In this document: one piece after another, positions 18,069-26,289 of the stretch
Layout of the letters: each line of letters begins with the position of its first letter
Position numbering within the stretch: position 1 is the first letter of the stretch
Made by a program: the position numbers and the translations under genes
The notes under the pieces: model-generated
Told to the model about the DNA's origin: nothing
Database searches by the model: none
What the model saw: the letters and a program-made list of their open reading frames with translations, nothing else
Assembly (NCBI GenBank): GCA_028865725.1
Contig: JAGWJP010000003.1
Coordinates: forward strand, 65,697-129,696
Direction of reading: 5' to 3'
DNA from: Patescibacteria group bacterium
GTDB taxonomy: Bacteria > Patescibacteriota > Minisyncoccia > UBA6257 > JACRHW01
DNA: 64,000 nucleotides

Positions 18069-18656
18069 TTAGTGTGCGGCATCAAATCGTTGCTCAACAA
18101 TCTCCCAGTTTACGGCATTCATAAATGCGTTAATATAGTCTGCCCGTTTGAGGCCGTAATCTGAAATATATGCATGCTCAAAGACATCGAGGACAAGGAG
18201 AGGTGTCGCGCCTGCAAGATGGCCCATATCATGTTCAGTAACCCATGTGTTGAAGAGATTTCCTGTTTTGCTGTCTTTATAAAGAATAGTCCATCCAATG
18301 CCGCGCAGTGCTCCCGTAGCGCGAAAGTTTTTTTCCCAGTGCTGAAGACTGCCGTATTGTTCTGTGAGTGCGCGCGCAAGTGGAGCATTTTCATTGCGAT
18401 TCGCTCTCTCCTTTACTATGTTTTCAAAGTAATATTCGTGCAGGCGCATTCCGTTGTATTCCCAACCAAATCTTCGTGTTAATTCCGCGTATTCCGGAGT
18501 TCCTGTTTTTTCTTCGTTGCGAAGCACAGAAAACATATCGATGAGTTTATTCGTATTTGTTACATATCCTTTGTAAAGTGCGAAGTGATTTGTAAGAAGG
18601 GCATCACTGAATCCCTCCGTGCCTAACAATGCATCAAATGATTTTGGTTCGTACAT
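18069..18656 (-). CDS. Fe/Mn superoxide dismutase
   Basis: NHFALYKGYV, LHEYYF, LDVFEHAY metal-ligand motifs. Confidence 0.92.
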   Translation of the reverse strand: MYEPKSFDALLGTEGFSDALLTNHFALYKGYVTNTNKLIDMFSVLRNEEKTGTPEYAELTRRFGWEYNGMRLHEYYFENIVKERANRNENAPLARALTEQYGSLQHWEKNFRATGALRGIGWTILYKDSKTGNLFNTWVTEHDMGHLAGATPLLVLDVFEHAYISDYGLKRADYINAFMNAVNWEIVEQRFDAAH

Positions 18657-18706
18657 AGATGATGGTAATAATTTTCTTTTAGTATAATCTTTTTTTCAGT
18701 TTTTTC

Positions 18707-21187
18707 CTATTGAAGTGCTTCGTAGAGAAATTGTCCGTACATGATCTGGGATGGTGCGGTTTTCCCATGGGCTATGCTTTCAGAAAGTTCGATGAGATTG
18801 TGCGTGAGGGCACGATCAATCTTTTTTGTCGAATCTTCTTGTGTGCGCGCCCAGGCGAGTAGGGTATCGAATTCATGCTTACCGCGTTCCCTATCAAGGA
18901 TTTGTTCACGTTCCCATTTTTTTTCAAGGAGTTCTAAGGAGGCAGAAAGGAAAGGGAAAAGATCCGATGCGCCAATAAGATCGATTGGTATTCCGTGCAG
19001 TTCCGCGTTATGGGCGCTGCTTATGGACCGCGCGGCTCTTATATCGGCGTTTAAACTTTCATCATATTCATCTTTCCGTTTTTGAAGCGTTGCCACCGAC
19101 GCGCGTATGCGTTCCTGTTCTTTGCGGTTACGCTCTATGTCTGCGCGTAATGCGGGTATACCAAGTTTTTCTTCTTTTAGGAGCCGTTTTCCCCCCTTAA
19201 ACACTTTAAGTGATTCAGTAAGGATATTGATTTTTTGTTGCAGAGCTCTCAAGGCAGACTCTATGGCATTGATTCTTGTATGCGCGTCTTGTAATGTGTT
19301 TTGCTCTTCGGGAGTGAGCGGCTTGGATGCATGATGAGCGTTTCTCAGGAGCAATTTCCACTGTTGTACGCGAGGATCTGCTTGTATTTCATTCCACATT
19401 TTTTCAAGTATGTGAACAATGTCGCCGTTCGCGGGAGGTAGGTTTTTGGATATCAATTCAATCTTGAGCTGAAGGTCGAAGATATTCGCAGCCTGTGTTC
19501 CAGACGTACGCTGAAAATTTGGATCTTGTTCTAAGGATGCTATTAAGAACGGGCTTACATGACTATCAAAGTCTTCTTTTGATTGCCAGGTGCGGTCTAC
19601 GCGTATGGCCTCCCATTCTTGTTGTGCCTCTGCGGCGGCAGTGGTGTGCGTGCGGGCAAATTTTACGAGACGACGCATTACATCAGTCAAGGCGTAGGAA
19701 AAGATCGCCGATTGGTCATCTCCAAATTCGTGGCAGAGTTCATGAAGATAGGTTGCGATCACATCATCGATTTCTCCTGTGCTCAGGGAATCCTTACTAA
19801 TCCAGACAAAATCTTCATCATAACGCCCTGCAAGGTAGGGGTGTTTTCCCGTAAAAACATGAATTTCTTTTGCGCGCAGATCGGAAATACGGGCAAGCGC
19901 CCCCCTCGCTTCGTGCTCAAGCCCCAATAGCCGCATAGTATGGTATATCGTTTGTGTGTCGGTTTCTTGAAGTATTTGTTGCGCATAACGCTTGAGGCAG
20001 GCGATTCGTTCTTTAATTTCCGGAGAGGGGGCATGTTCATAAAGTTCAGTGATTTCTTCATGCATCGTTGATGCGCACATCATTCCTGCGCGGCTCATAA
20101 ACTCATGACAGGGGATAAACCCGAGTCCTTTGAGCGTTTCCAAAAAATCCTTTTCATCGAGTGCGATATAATTTCGGTCAAAGGAAACCACAAGGCCGAG
20201 CGAATTGCATCGGTCGACCACTGTGCGCAAAAATTCTTTTCCAAACCATTTTTTCCTATCAAAGGACATATTATTTTCGGGAACGGCATAGAATGGTTCT
20301 AGGATTTTAAGTGTGTTCATAAGATCTTCTGGTTCCATGGAATCCACAAGAAAAGGAAGGAAAATCTGGGTAACTTCATTTTCAGTGATAATATCTCTGT
20401 CTCGCGAAAGATTTATTGTTCCCCATTCCGTTTCCGGGGTCTCATGCGACCAACAGGTAAAATGAGGAAGTGTATTCCATGTGTCGCGCACGTCGTAATG
20501 GATGCGTTGGCCGTTTAAGTAAAAATTTCCAGGCGTACCCATGTGCAATGAAAACCCTCCTTGTTCATTGTCGAAGGCGGGGTTTTGAAAGTCAGGGTTG
20601 GTGTCATGATAAAAAAGATCACGCGCGTCAATAAATGTTTGTACCGTTCCCTGCTCGCTGCTTACGAGTTCTAATGTGTTTCCTTCTAGAGCCTCGTCTC
20701 GGGCGGTAAGTTTTACGTAGAGTCCTCGCAGGGATGTTTTTTCCGTAGAACCCACAGGGGGCGTATCGAGGTAAAAATCGAGTATCCAATCTTGTGAAGA
20801 AAAGCGTACTTTTGAAAACCCAAAATCGCGCAACATGTGAAGCGCCATGATTTTTGTGCCTTCATGGTGTCCCCCTCCCGATTTTTTCGGGTTTTCTTTA
20901 TATCCGCCTCCCAAATGAAGAAGACGGGTGTAGGGATATTCTGCGATTCCCCGAATGACCACTACGGATCTGTCTGGTTTTTCATCTGTTTCAAATTCTA
21001 GGCCGTCAAGCGTGAAGTTGTTCGCATCGAAAAAATTTTGCCACGCATCGCGCGCTACGCGTTCTCGTGTCCACGGTGTTTTAGACATATAATTTTCGAG
21101 AATGCCAAGGTAGTAGCCGTGTTCCAATTTGTGTTCGAATTCCTGATTTTCTCGACCGCGGAAATGCCGTGTTAATGACTCATTCAT
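18707..21187 (-). CDS. Large hypothetical protein: GHKL-ATPase-like N-terminus, HExxH metallopeptidase-like domain, coiled coil
   Basis: W...RVARDAWQNFFDA and LGGGYK...GGGHHEGTK; YLHELCHE; heptad-rich C-terminal region; start moved to ATG 21187. Confidence 0.75.
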   Translation of the reverse strand: MNESLTRHFRGRENQEFEHKLEHGYYLGILENYMSKTPWTRERVARDAWQNFFDANNFTLDGLEFETDEKPDRSVVVIRGIAEYPYTRLLHLGGGYKENPKKSGGGHHEGTKIMALHMLRDFGFSKVRFSSQDWILDFYLDTPPVGSTEKTSLRGLYVKLTARDEALEGNTLELVSSEQGTVQTFIDARDLFYHDTNPDFQNPAFDNEQGGFSLHMGTPGNFYLNGQRIHYDVRDTWNTLPHFTCWSHETPETEWGTINLSRDRDIITENEVTQIFLPFLVDSMEPEDLMNTLKILEPFYAVPENNMSFDRKKWFGKEFLRTVVDRCNSLGLVVSFDRNYIALDEKDFLETLKGLGFIPCHEFMSRAGMMCASTMHEEITELYEHAPSPEIKERIACLKRYAQQILQETDTQTIYHTMRLLGLEHEARGALARISDLRAKEIHVFTGKHPYLAGRYDEDFVWISKDSLSTGEIDDVIATYLHELCHEFGDDQSAIFSYALTDVMRRLVKFARTHTTAAAEAQQEWEAIRVDRTWQSKEDFDSHVSPFLIASLEQDPNFQRTSGTQAANIFDLQLKIELISKNLPPANGDIVHILEKMWNEIQADPRVQQWKLLLRNAHHASKPLTPEEQNTLQDAHTRINAIESALRALQQKINILTESLKVFKGGKRLLKEEKLGIPALRADIERNRKEQERIRASVATLQKRKDEYDESLNADIRAARSISSAHNAELHGIPIDLIGASDLFPFLSASLELLEKKWEREQILDRERGKHEFDTLLAWARTQEDSTKKIDRALTHNLIELSESIAHGKTAPSQIMYGQFLYEALQ

Positions 21188-21259
21188 GAATTGCAATGGT
21201 ATTGATAAGTATGTCTTTAGTGTACACGGCAAAGAGAAAAAAACAATGAGATGATATAG

Positions 21260-21280
21260 AAAAACCCCGTTTCGGGGTCT
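21260..21280 (-). terminator. Terminator after the 111-aa gene
   Basis: AAAAACCCCG-TTT-CGGGGT. Confidence 0.6.
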
Positions 21281-21288
21281 GTATTACC

Positions 21289-21624
21289 TCACTTCTTTTT
21301 GATTTTTTGCGCCACGATGAGCATATCGAGCTCATGGGCTATCATCGCCCGGGTATTTTTTTTGGAACAGTCCCTGCCATAAATAATACTTTCTCCATGG
21401 CGGGGACACTGGAAGGCAAGGATGTTTTCCTTTCCCTCACGCGAAAGCGTGAGCGTCACCCAGCACCCAAGCCCCGGAATTCTAAAAGGGACCGTCACGA
21501 ATTTTTTTTCTTTCCGATCGGGGGACGATACAGAGAAACCAATTTTTTCACTCGCAATGGCATCTAGTATTCGGGAAATCTTTCCTTCCTCACTTCCTCT
21601 CATACATCTTGCAATCCTTCCCAT
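21289..21624 (-). CDS. Hypothetical basic protein
   Basis: 111 aa; SD AAGGAGG, promoter TTGACA-17-TATGCT (21746-21718), leader hairpin 21648-21692, terminator. Confidence 0.7.
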   Translation of the reverse strand: MGRIARCMRGSEEGKISRILDAIASEKIGFSVSSPDRKEKKFVTVPFRIPGLGCWVTLTLSREGKENILAFQCPRHGESIIYGRDCSKKNTRAMIAHELDMLIVAQKIKKK

Positions 21625-21850
21625 CTTGCCTCCTTCGTTACTCCCTTAGATATCTTGCGTCACCATTTTCTGGGGACGAGTTCCAAGATATCTGAGAGAG
21701 TAGTATCAAGCTTGATTAGCATAACCTATAGTATAGTTTATGTCAATCCCTTTGTTTTGGTAACTATCCCTTGACAACATGTACACAAAAAATATAATAA
21801 ATAGGACATCCAGTTTAATAAAATCGTTTTTGTGTAGAAAAAAACGAATT

Positions 21851-22096
21851 ATGGAAAATCCTCTTAAAATTCAAGCACAACTCAATGAGTTGAATAGGCA
21901 ATCTACCCCCGATGGACAACCCGTTGTAAATGAATGGATTGCATTTCAGGGTTATTCAGCACTTACTTACGCCCAGCTAGAAGCGTCTTCTCCTCTTCCG
22001 CGTTTCAACCCCACAATGGGAATAGTAGTAAAAACTTTTTTGAATACCCGTACGGGAGAAATAAAGACTTTTAATGCTTACATGTTTGAAAACTAA
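21851..22096 (+). CDS. IS passenger hypothetical protein (81 aa)
   Basis: ATG 21851 (MENPLK) downstream of the TIR-derived TTGACA-16-TATAAT promoter. Confidence 0.65.
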   Translation: MENPLKIQAQLNELNRQSTPDGQPVVNEWIAFQGYSALTYAQLEASSPLPRFNPTMGIVVKTFLNTRTGEIKTFNAYMFEN

Positions 22097-22097
22097 C

Positions 22098-22379
22098 ATG
22101 GTAAACAAAGAATCCAAAGCTCAAGAGAAGGCGCAACTGGATGTTACCCCAGAATGGGGACAGGCGGAGGGGCAGAAACTTCCGTTATCGGATTTCAGCA
22201 CATTTCAGAACTTTGTTTATGCGACTCTCTTTGTTATCGGAATTGCCTTGATTACACTTATTATTCAGTATTTCACAGCAACGCAGGCAACATTTGAAGA
22301 TTTAAAAGATAAGGTTGTTCAACAAAGTGCTAAAATAGACGCACTGACCGATGAAATCCATCGACAAAAAGGTTTTTAA
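22098..22379 (+). CDS. IS passenger single-TM protein with C-terminal coiled coil (93 aa)
   Basis: Starts 1 nt after the previous stop; TM FVYATLFVIGIALITLIIQYF. Confidence 0.7.
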   Translation: MVNKESKAQEKAQLDVTPEWGQAEGQKLPLSDFSTFQNFVYATLFVIGIALITLIIQYFTATQATFEDLKDKVVQQSAKIDALTDEIHRQKGF

Positions 22380-22425
22380 ACAATTTGTCCTGTGAATAAC
22401 TTTTCTGGTAAAATGAAGATAACAA

Positions 22426-22746
22426 AAAACCACTCTACTTCGTATACCATCGCAGACAGTTTAGTATTCCTGACTGTTTGCAGGTCTAGCTCCATCAAGG
22501 AGCAAACACATTCTCTGGACTCACTTCTAAGGGGGAGACCAAGAAAGTCGATGATATACGAAAGAGAGTGGTTTTATTTTATAAAACAAAACTCCAAAGG
22601 CGGACGCTTTGTAGGTTTCAACGACTTACGCCATTGAAAGCCCTACAAAAAGTTTGGAAGCTTCGTAGGGTTTCCCCTAACAAAGCACCCACCTTTGGAG
22701 TAATACCTAGGGTTGAGATGTCCGCCGTCTCTGCTTCCAAAGAGAC
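22426..22746. ncRNA. Candidate structured RNA inside the IS1595 element
   Basis: AAAACCACTCT..TTCGTATA.CATCG (22426-22452) pairs with CGATG.TATACGAA..AGAGTGGTTTT (22549-22575) around three hairpins; second domain with crossing pairs 22592-22600/22692-22700 and 22599-22605/22720-22726. Confidence 0.5.
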
Positions 22747-22828
22747 AATAAGTTTTCAATATTTCCTTTATTATACACCCGCTTTATTATAAAAGCAAAT
22801 ATGGACTTCCACACCCTCCTCAATAAAG

Positions 22829-23632
22829 CTATATCCTCCCCATCAACCCCTCGAAAATCTCGAAAGAAGGCTTTGCGTAGCGGAAAGAAAACTCGTTCAC
22901 GTAAGATTGCAAATACTTCCGAGAAACCGAGTGATATGTCCCCGAAAGAGAACGCTTGAGCTGGCTCCAAAACCCTTCAATGGTATTGGTATGCGTAGCT
23001 CCTCGTGCATACTCTTTTTTCCAGTGATTGACGGATGAGTGCGTAAACCCTAGTTTTGTTGTTTTCTTGTACACCCCGAACTTATCAGACACGATAGCAG
23101 ACCCAGTAGCAATGTTCTTTTTAATCTCTTTCAAGATAAGGTGCGTTTCACGGGCAGATAAGGTTTTTGTCTTTACCGCACCGCCACGAGATACCATACC
23201 GAATACAGGCGTTTTGTCCTTACCACCCTTTCCTCCTTTCCGATAGCCACCGATGTATGTTTCATCCACTTCCACGATACCAGAGAGCTTGTCGCCATCT
23301 TGTGCCATCAACGCACGCACTTGATGGGCAATCCTCCACGCTGTCTTGTAGGTAACTCCAAGCTGACGCTGTAGTTCTTTGGCAGATACTCCATTCTTAG
23401 AGGATGCAAAGAGAAAGATAGCATAAAACCATAGCGTAAGAGGCGTAGAGGACTTTTCAAAGATTGTTCCTACCAAAGGATGAAGCTGTTGCCCTTGAGG
23501 ATTGGCATAGCACTTACGCCCTTTTACGAAATAGTACTGTTTAGCGTTCGGGTACTTCTTAGCAAAGATATAGTCTAAACACGCCTTTTCATCAGGAAAC
23601 TCTTTTTTGAAATTATTGATTGTGTAGTTCAT
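22829..23632 (-). CDS. IS1595-family (ISXO2-like) DDE transposase
   Basis: GVSAKELQRQLGVTYKTAW HTH; VEVDETYIGG, IVSD, HTNTIEGFWSQLKR, YVNEFSFRY; ATG 23632 is 7 nt after the -10 box. Confidence 0.95.
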   Translation of the reverse strand: MNYTINNFKKEFPDEKACLDYIFAKKYPNAKQYYFVKGRKCYANPQGQQLHPLVGTIFEKSSTPLTLWFYAIFLFASSKNGVSAKELQRQLGVTYKTAWRIAHQVRALMAQDGDKLSGIVEVDETYIGGYRKGGKGGKDKTPVFGMVSRGGAVKTKTLSARETHLILKEIKKNIATGSAIVSDKFGVYKKTTKLGFTHSSVNHWKKEYARGATHTNTIEGFWSQLKRSLSGTYHSVSRKYLQSYVNEFSFRYAKPSFEIFEGLMGRI

Positions 23633-23664
23633 ATGCTTAAGTCTAGCAAATGCACTACTTGGTG

Positions 23665-24147
23665 TCAAGGGATAGTTACCTTTGTTTTTTTGTGCATGGG
23701 GTAGGCGAGTGCGCCACAAAGTGCGATTGCGAGCGCATCACTTTCGTCATCGTATTTCGGTTTTTTTGCGAGCGCGAGTACTTTGAGCGTCATGGTTTCG
23801 AGCTGTTTTTTGTCAGCACGCCCATACCCTGTGATGTATTGTTTTACTTCAAGGGGAGTGAATTCGAGAATGGGAATATTTTGTTTTTGAATGAGAAACT
23901 TTATGACGCCACGCATTTCCGTGACTTCAAGCGCAGTTTTCTGGTTTTTTGCAAAGAATATCTTTTCGATGGCAGCAGCCTCTGGTTTATGGGTGGCAAT
24001 AAGCGAGGTAAATTCTTTTTCAAAACGGTGAGAATCCTGTGGGTATTCAAAAAGTCCTGACGCTGACGCACGAAATGCGGACCCTTCTTTATGGACAATT
24101 CCAAATCCTATGCGCGTGGTGCCAGGATCGATACCGAGAATAGTCAT
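23665..24147 (-). CDS. ruvC: Crossover junction endodeoxyribonuclease RuvC (last codons supplied by the IS end)
   Basis: ILGIDPG, AAIEKIFF, TGYGRADKKQ, DDESDALAIA. Confidence 0.95.
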   Translation of the reverse strand: MTILGIDPGTTRIGFGIVHKEGSAFRASASGLFEYPQDSHRFEKEFTSLIATHKPEAAAIEKIFFAKNQKTALEVTEMRGVIKFLIQKQNIPILEFTPLEVKQYITGYGRADKKQLETMTLKVLALAKKPKYDDESDALAIALCGALAYPMHKKTKVTIP

Positions 24148-24241
24148 ATAAATTATATATTTAACATATCGTATTGTGTGGTATCTCTCCTACCACCTAT
24201 CTCATAAGATGGTTGGAGGATACGTGTGGAATATTCATGTA

Positions 24242-24958
24242 TCAAAATTCAGCATTAGTATAGACTTCATCTACCTCATTTTGTTCATCGAGCGCATCAA
24301 GAAGCGTGAGGATTTCTTCCTTCTGCGATTCATTAAGTGCAATAGGTTCTTTTGGAATGAGCACGATCTCTGCGCGTGTGCAAGGTAGGTGCAATGCTTC
24401 AAGTTTTTCCGTTAATACATTAAAAGAAGAAGGGGAGGAGGAGATGAGAATTTCGGAATTGTGATATTGAATATCCTCTGCGCCCAGTTCAATAAATTCA
24501 AGCTCTTGTTGTTCTGAAAGCGAGGGAAGGGCCAACTCTAGTTCTGCTTTTTCTTCAAACATCCAGGTGACTGCACCCATTTGTGCCATTTTTCCATTAT
24601 GTTGAGAGAGAATATGCTTTATTTCTGCAAGCGTTCTGTTTTTATTGTCGCTGATAGCATCGATAACAAAGGCGACGCTATGGGGGCCGTAGGCCTCATA
24701 GCGAAGTCGTTCGAGTGCTGCGCCTGCTCCGAGCCCCTTTCCTCGTTCGATCGCGCGTTTAATGTTGTCTTGCGGCATATTGATGGCGCGTGCTTTTTCG
24801 ATCGCCAGTTTCAATTTTGGGTTGAGTTCTGGATCTTCTCCCTTTTCGCGTACCGCAACCGTGATGAGTGAAGACGCTTTGGTAAATACCTTACTTTTTT
24901 TTGCATCAGTAATCGCTTTTTTGTGTTTGATTTGAGCCCATTTTGAGTGTCCAGACAT
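24242..24958 (-). CDS. yebC: YebC/PmpR family protein
   Basis: MSGHSKWAQIKHKK, YEAYGP, DNKNRT. Confidence 0.96.
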   Translation of the reverse strand: MSGHSKWAQIKHKKAITDAKKSKVFTKASSLITVAVREKGEDPELNPKLKLAIEKARAINMPQDNIKRAIERGKGLGAGAALERLRYEAYGPHSVAFVIDAISDNKNRTLAEIKHILSQHNGKMAQMGAVTWMFEEKAELELALPSLSEQQELEFIELGAEDIQYHNSEILISSSPSSFNVLTEKLEALHLPCTRAEIVLIPKEPIALNESQKEEILTLLDALDEQNEVDEVYTNAEF

Positions 24959-24971
24959 GGATCGAATAGGT

Positions 24972-26219
24972 CTAAATAAACTTTTTTATGAAGAGGACTG
25001 ACATGATTGCAAAAAATAACCCAAAGAACAGAGAAGGGACGAGTGGTGAGGTTGTGTGGTTGGAGGATTTATTCTGTGTTAAGGGAAGAGAATTTTGGGA
25101 TGCGGGAACTTCCATCGCGCTTATGTCGGCAAGTGTCGTACTATTCGTTTGTGTGGAATGTATCTGTTTCGGTACCGGTATCGTAAATATGTTAGGAAAT
25201 CCAGGCGTAGGAGTAGTGGTCCACATCCAATCATTATCGCCCCGCCGTGCAAAGCTTTGACCTTTCGGCGCATTGCCTTCAAATGATATCTTTGAAACGA
25301 GAGATCCTGTTTCGTTGAAAAGAGATAGTGCGTCACCTGTATTATTGATGTGGATTTTTGATTCGTGATATGGCGTGATCATATATGCTTCAGGAGCCAT
25401 GACGGTAGTGCTAAATGTGTGTGTATGGTGTGCGCTGTCTTCAAGGTACCATCCCGCAAGTGTGGTCGAGACGGTATTAGTATTGTGGAGTTCAATCCAT
25501 TCGTCGCCTTGCGCGTCAGGGTTTGGAAGAAATTCTGTAATCAACACTCCAAATTGCGGTGATGATGAAGCAGGTCTTTCCTCTTCTGTACTCGAAGAGT
25601 GTGGAACTGGTGTCGCGATGCGTGCAGAGGCTATGTCTCCAGTATCAAGAGTGGGAGAGGAAGATGGTTCTGTCTGTGGAGAAATAGGGAATAGCGCTTC
25701 GTTTTCCTGTCCAGGCGATCCACCGTCTTTTTCTGATTCTTTGAATTGTTCCGACGATGCATTTACTCGTTCTAACGATTTTCCACCCCCATTCCCTCCC
25801 CATGAGGAATGGTAGTTGACCGTGTTGCTCATTGTGTTGTCAGTGTTGTGAATACTGATCGTATCCTCACTGTTTTTAAGATTCATGATCGTATCGAGAA
25901 TGTGGCCGGTAAATCCTTGGTGTTCGCTCAGAAATGTGGCGATGTCACTCGCGATCACGACAAGCCCCTGAGGATCTACTGTAAAGTATTCAGGATGTTC
26001 GTCATTTACAAGTTTGTGATTTGGGCTTGAACTATCTCCAAAGCGCCAATCGTGCAGATCAATGCGATAGGAAGAGATATTTTTAATTTCAATCCATTCC
26101 CGTTTTGCGTCGGCGCCGCTCACGTTGTACATTATCTCATTGATAATAACGGGGCCACTTGCGTAGGTATGAATGGGAATAAGCCAGGCAATAATAAACA
26201 AAAATATTTGAAGCAACAT
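24972..26219 (-). CDS. Surface protein with two lamin-tail domains and a C-terminal TM anchor
   Basis: Signal peptide; VIINEIMYN...EWIEIKN and VLITEFLPNP...EWIELHN; PTPGFPN; start moved to ATG 26219. Confidence 0.85.
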   Translation of the reverse strand: MLLQIFLFIIAWLIPIHTYASGPVIINEIMYNVSGADAKREWIEIKNISSYRIDLHDWRFGDSSSPNHKLVNDEHPEYFTVDPQGLVVIASDIATFLSEHQGFTGHILDTIMNLKNSEDTISIHNTDNTMSNTVNYHSSWGGNGGGKSLERVNASSEQFKESEKDGGSPGQENEALFPISPQTEPSSSPTLDTGDIASARIATPVPHSSSTEEERPASSSPQFGVLITEFLPNPDAQGDEWIELHNTNTVSTTLAGWYLEDSAHHTHTFSTTVMAPEAYMITPYHESKIHINNTGDALSLFNETGSLVSKISFEGNAPKGQSFARRGDNDWMWTTTPTPGFPNIFTIPVPKQIHSTQTNSTTLADISAMEVPASQNSLPLTQNKSSNHTTSPLVPSLFFGLFFAIMSVLFIKKFI

Positions 26220-26289
26220 GAAAAATAGCGTAAATATATACACATCATGTGTGTATACGGTATACCAGATATCGCATGAACAACACAAG

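Larger units (their letters stand above)
21759..23680 (-). mobile_element. IS1595-family insertion sequence with passenger genes (1922 bp)
   Basis: Perfect 18-bp TIRs GGTAACTATCCCTTGACA at 21759-21776 and 23663-23680; 8-bp TSD TTTGTTTT at 21751-21758 and 23681-23688; DDE transposase inside. Confidence 0.95.

Noticed and set aside
22391-22399. DnaA-box-like TGTGAATAA (and CTATCCACA near 9355) as oriC
   Set aside because: Isolated single boxes, one inside an IS; no cluster
22592-22726. HDV-like ribozyme
   Set aside because: Crossing helices are present but there is no room for P4 and J4/2 between the 3' strands
22392-22970. ORFs 22392..22637, 22568..22792 and 22707..22970 as IS passengers
   Set aside because: Mutually overlapping, no motifs, and coincide with the structured segment or the transposase end
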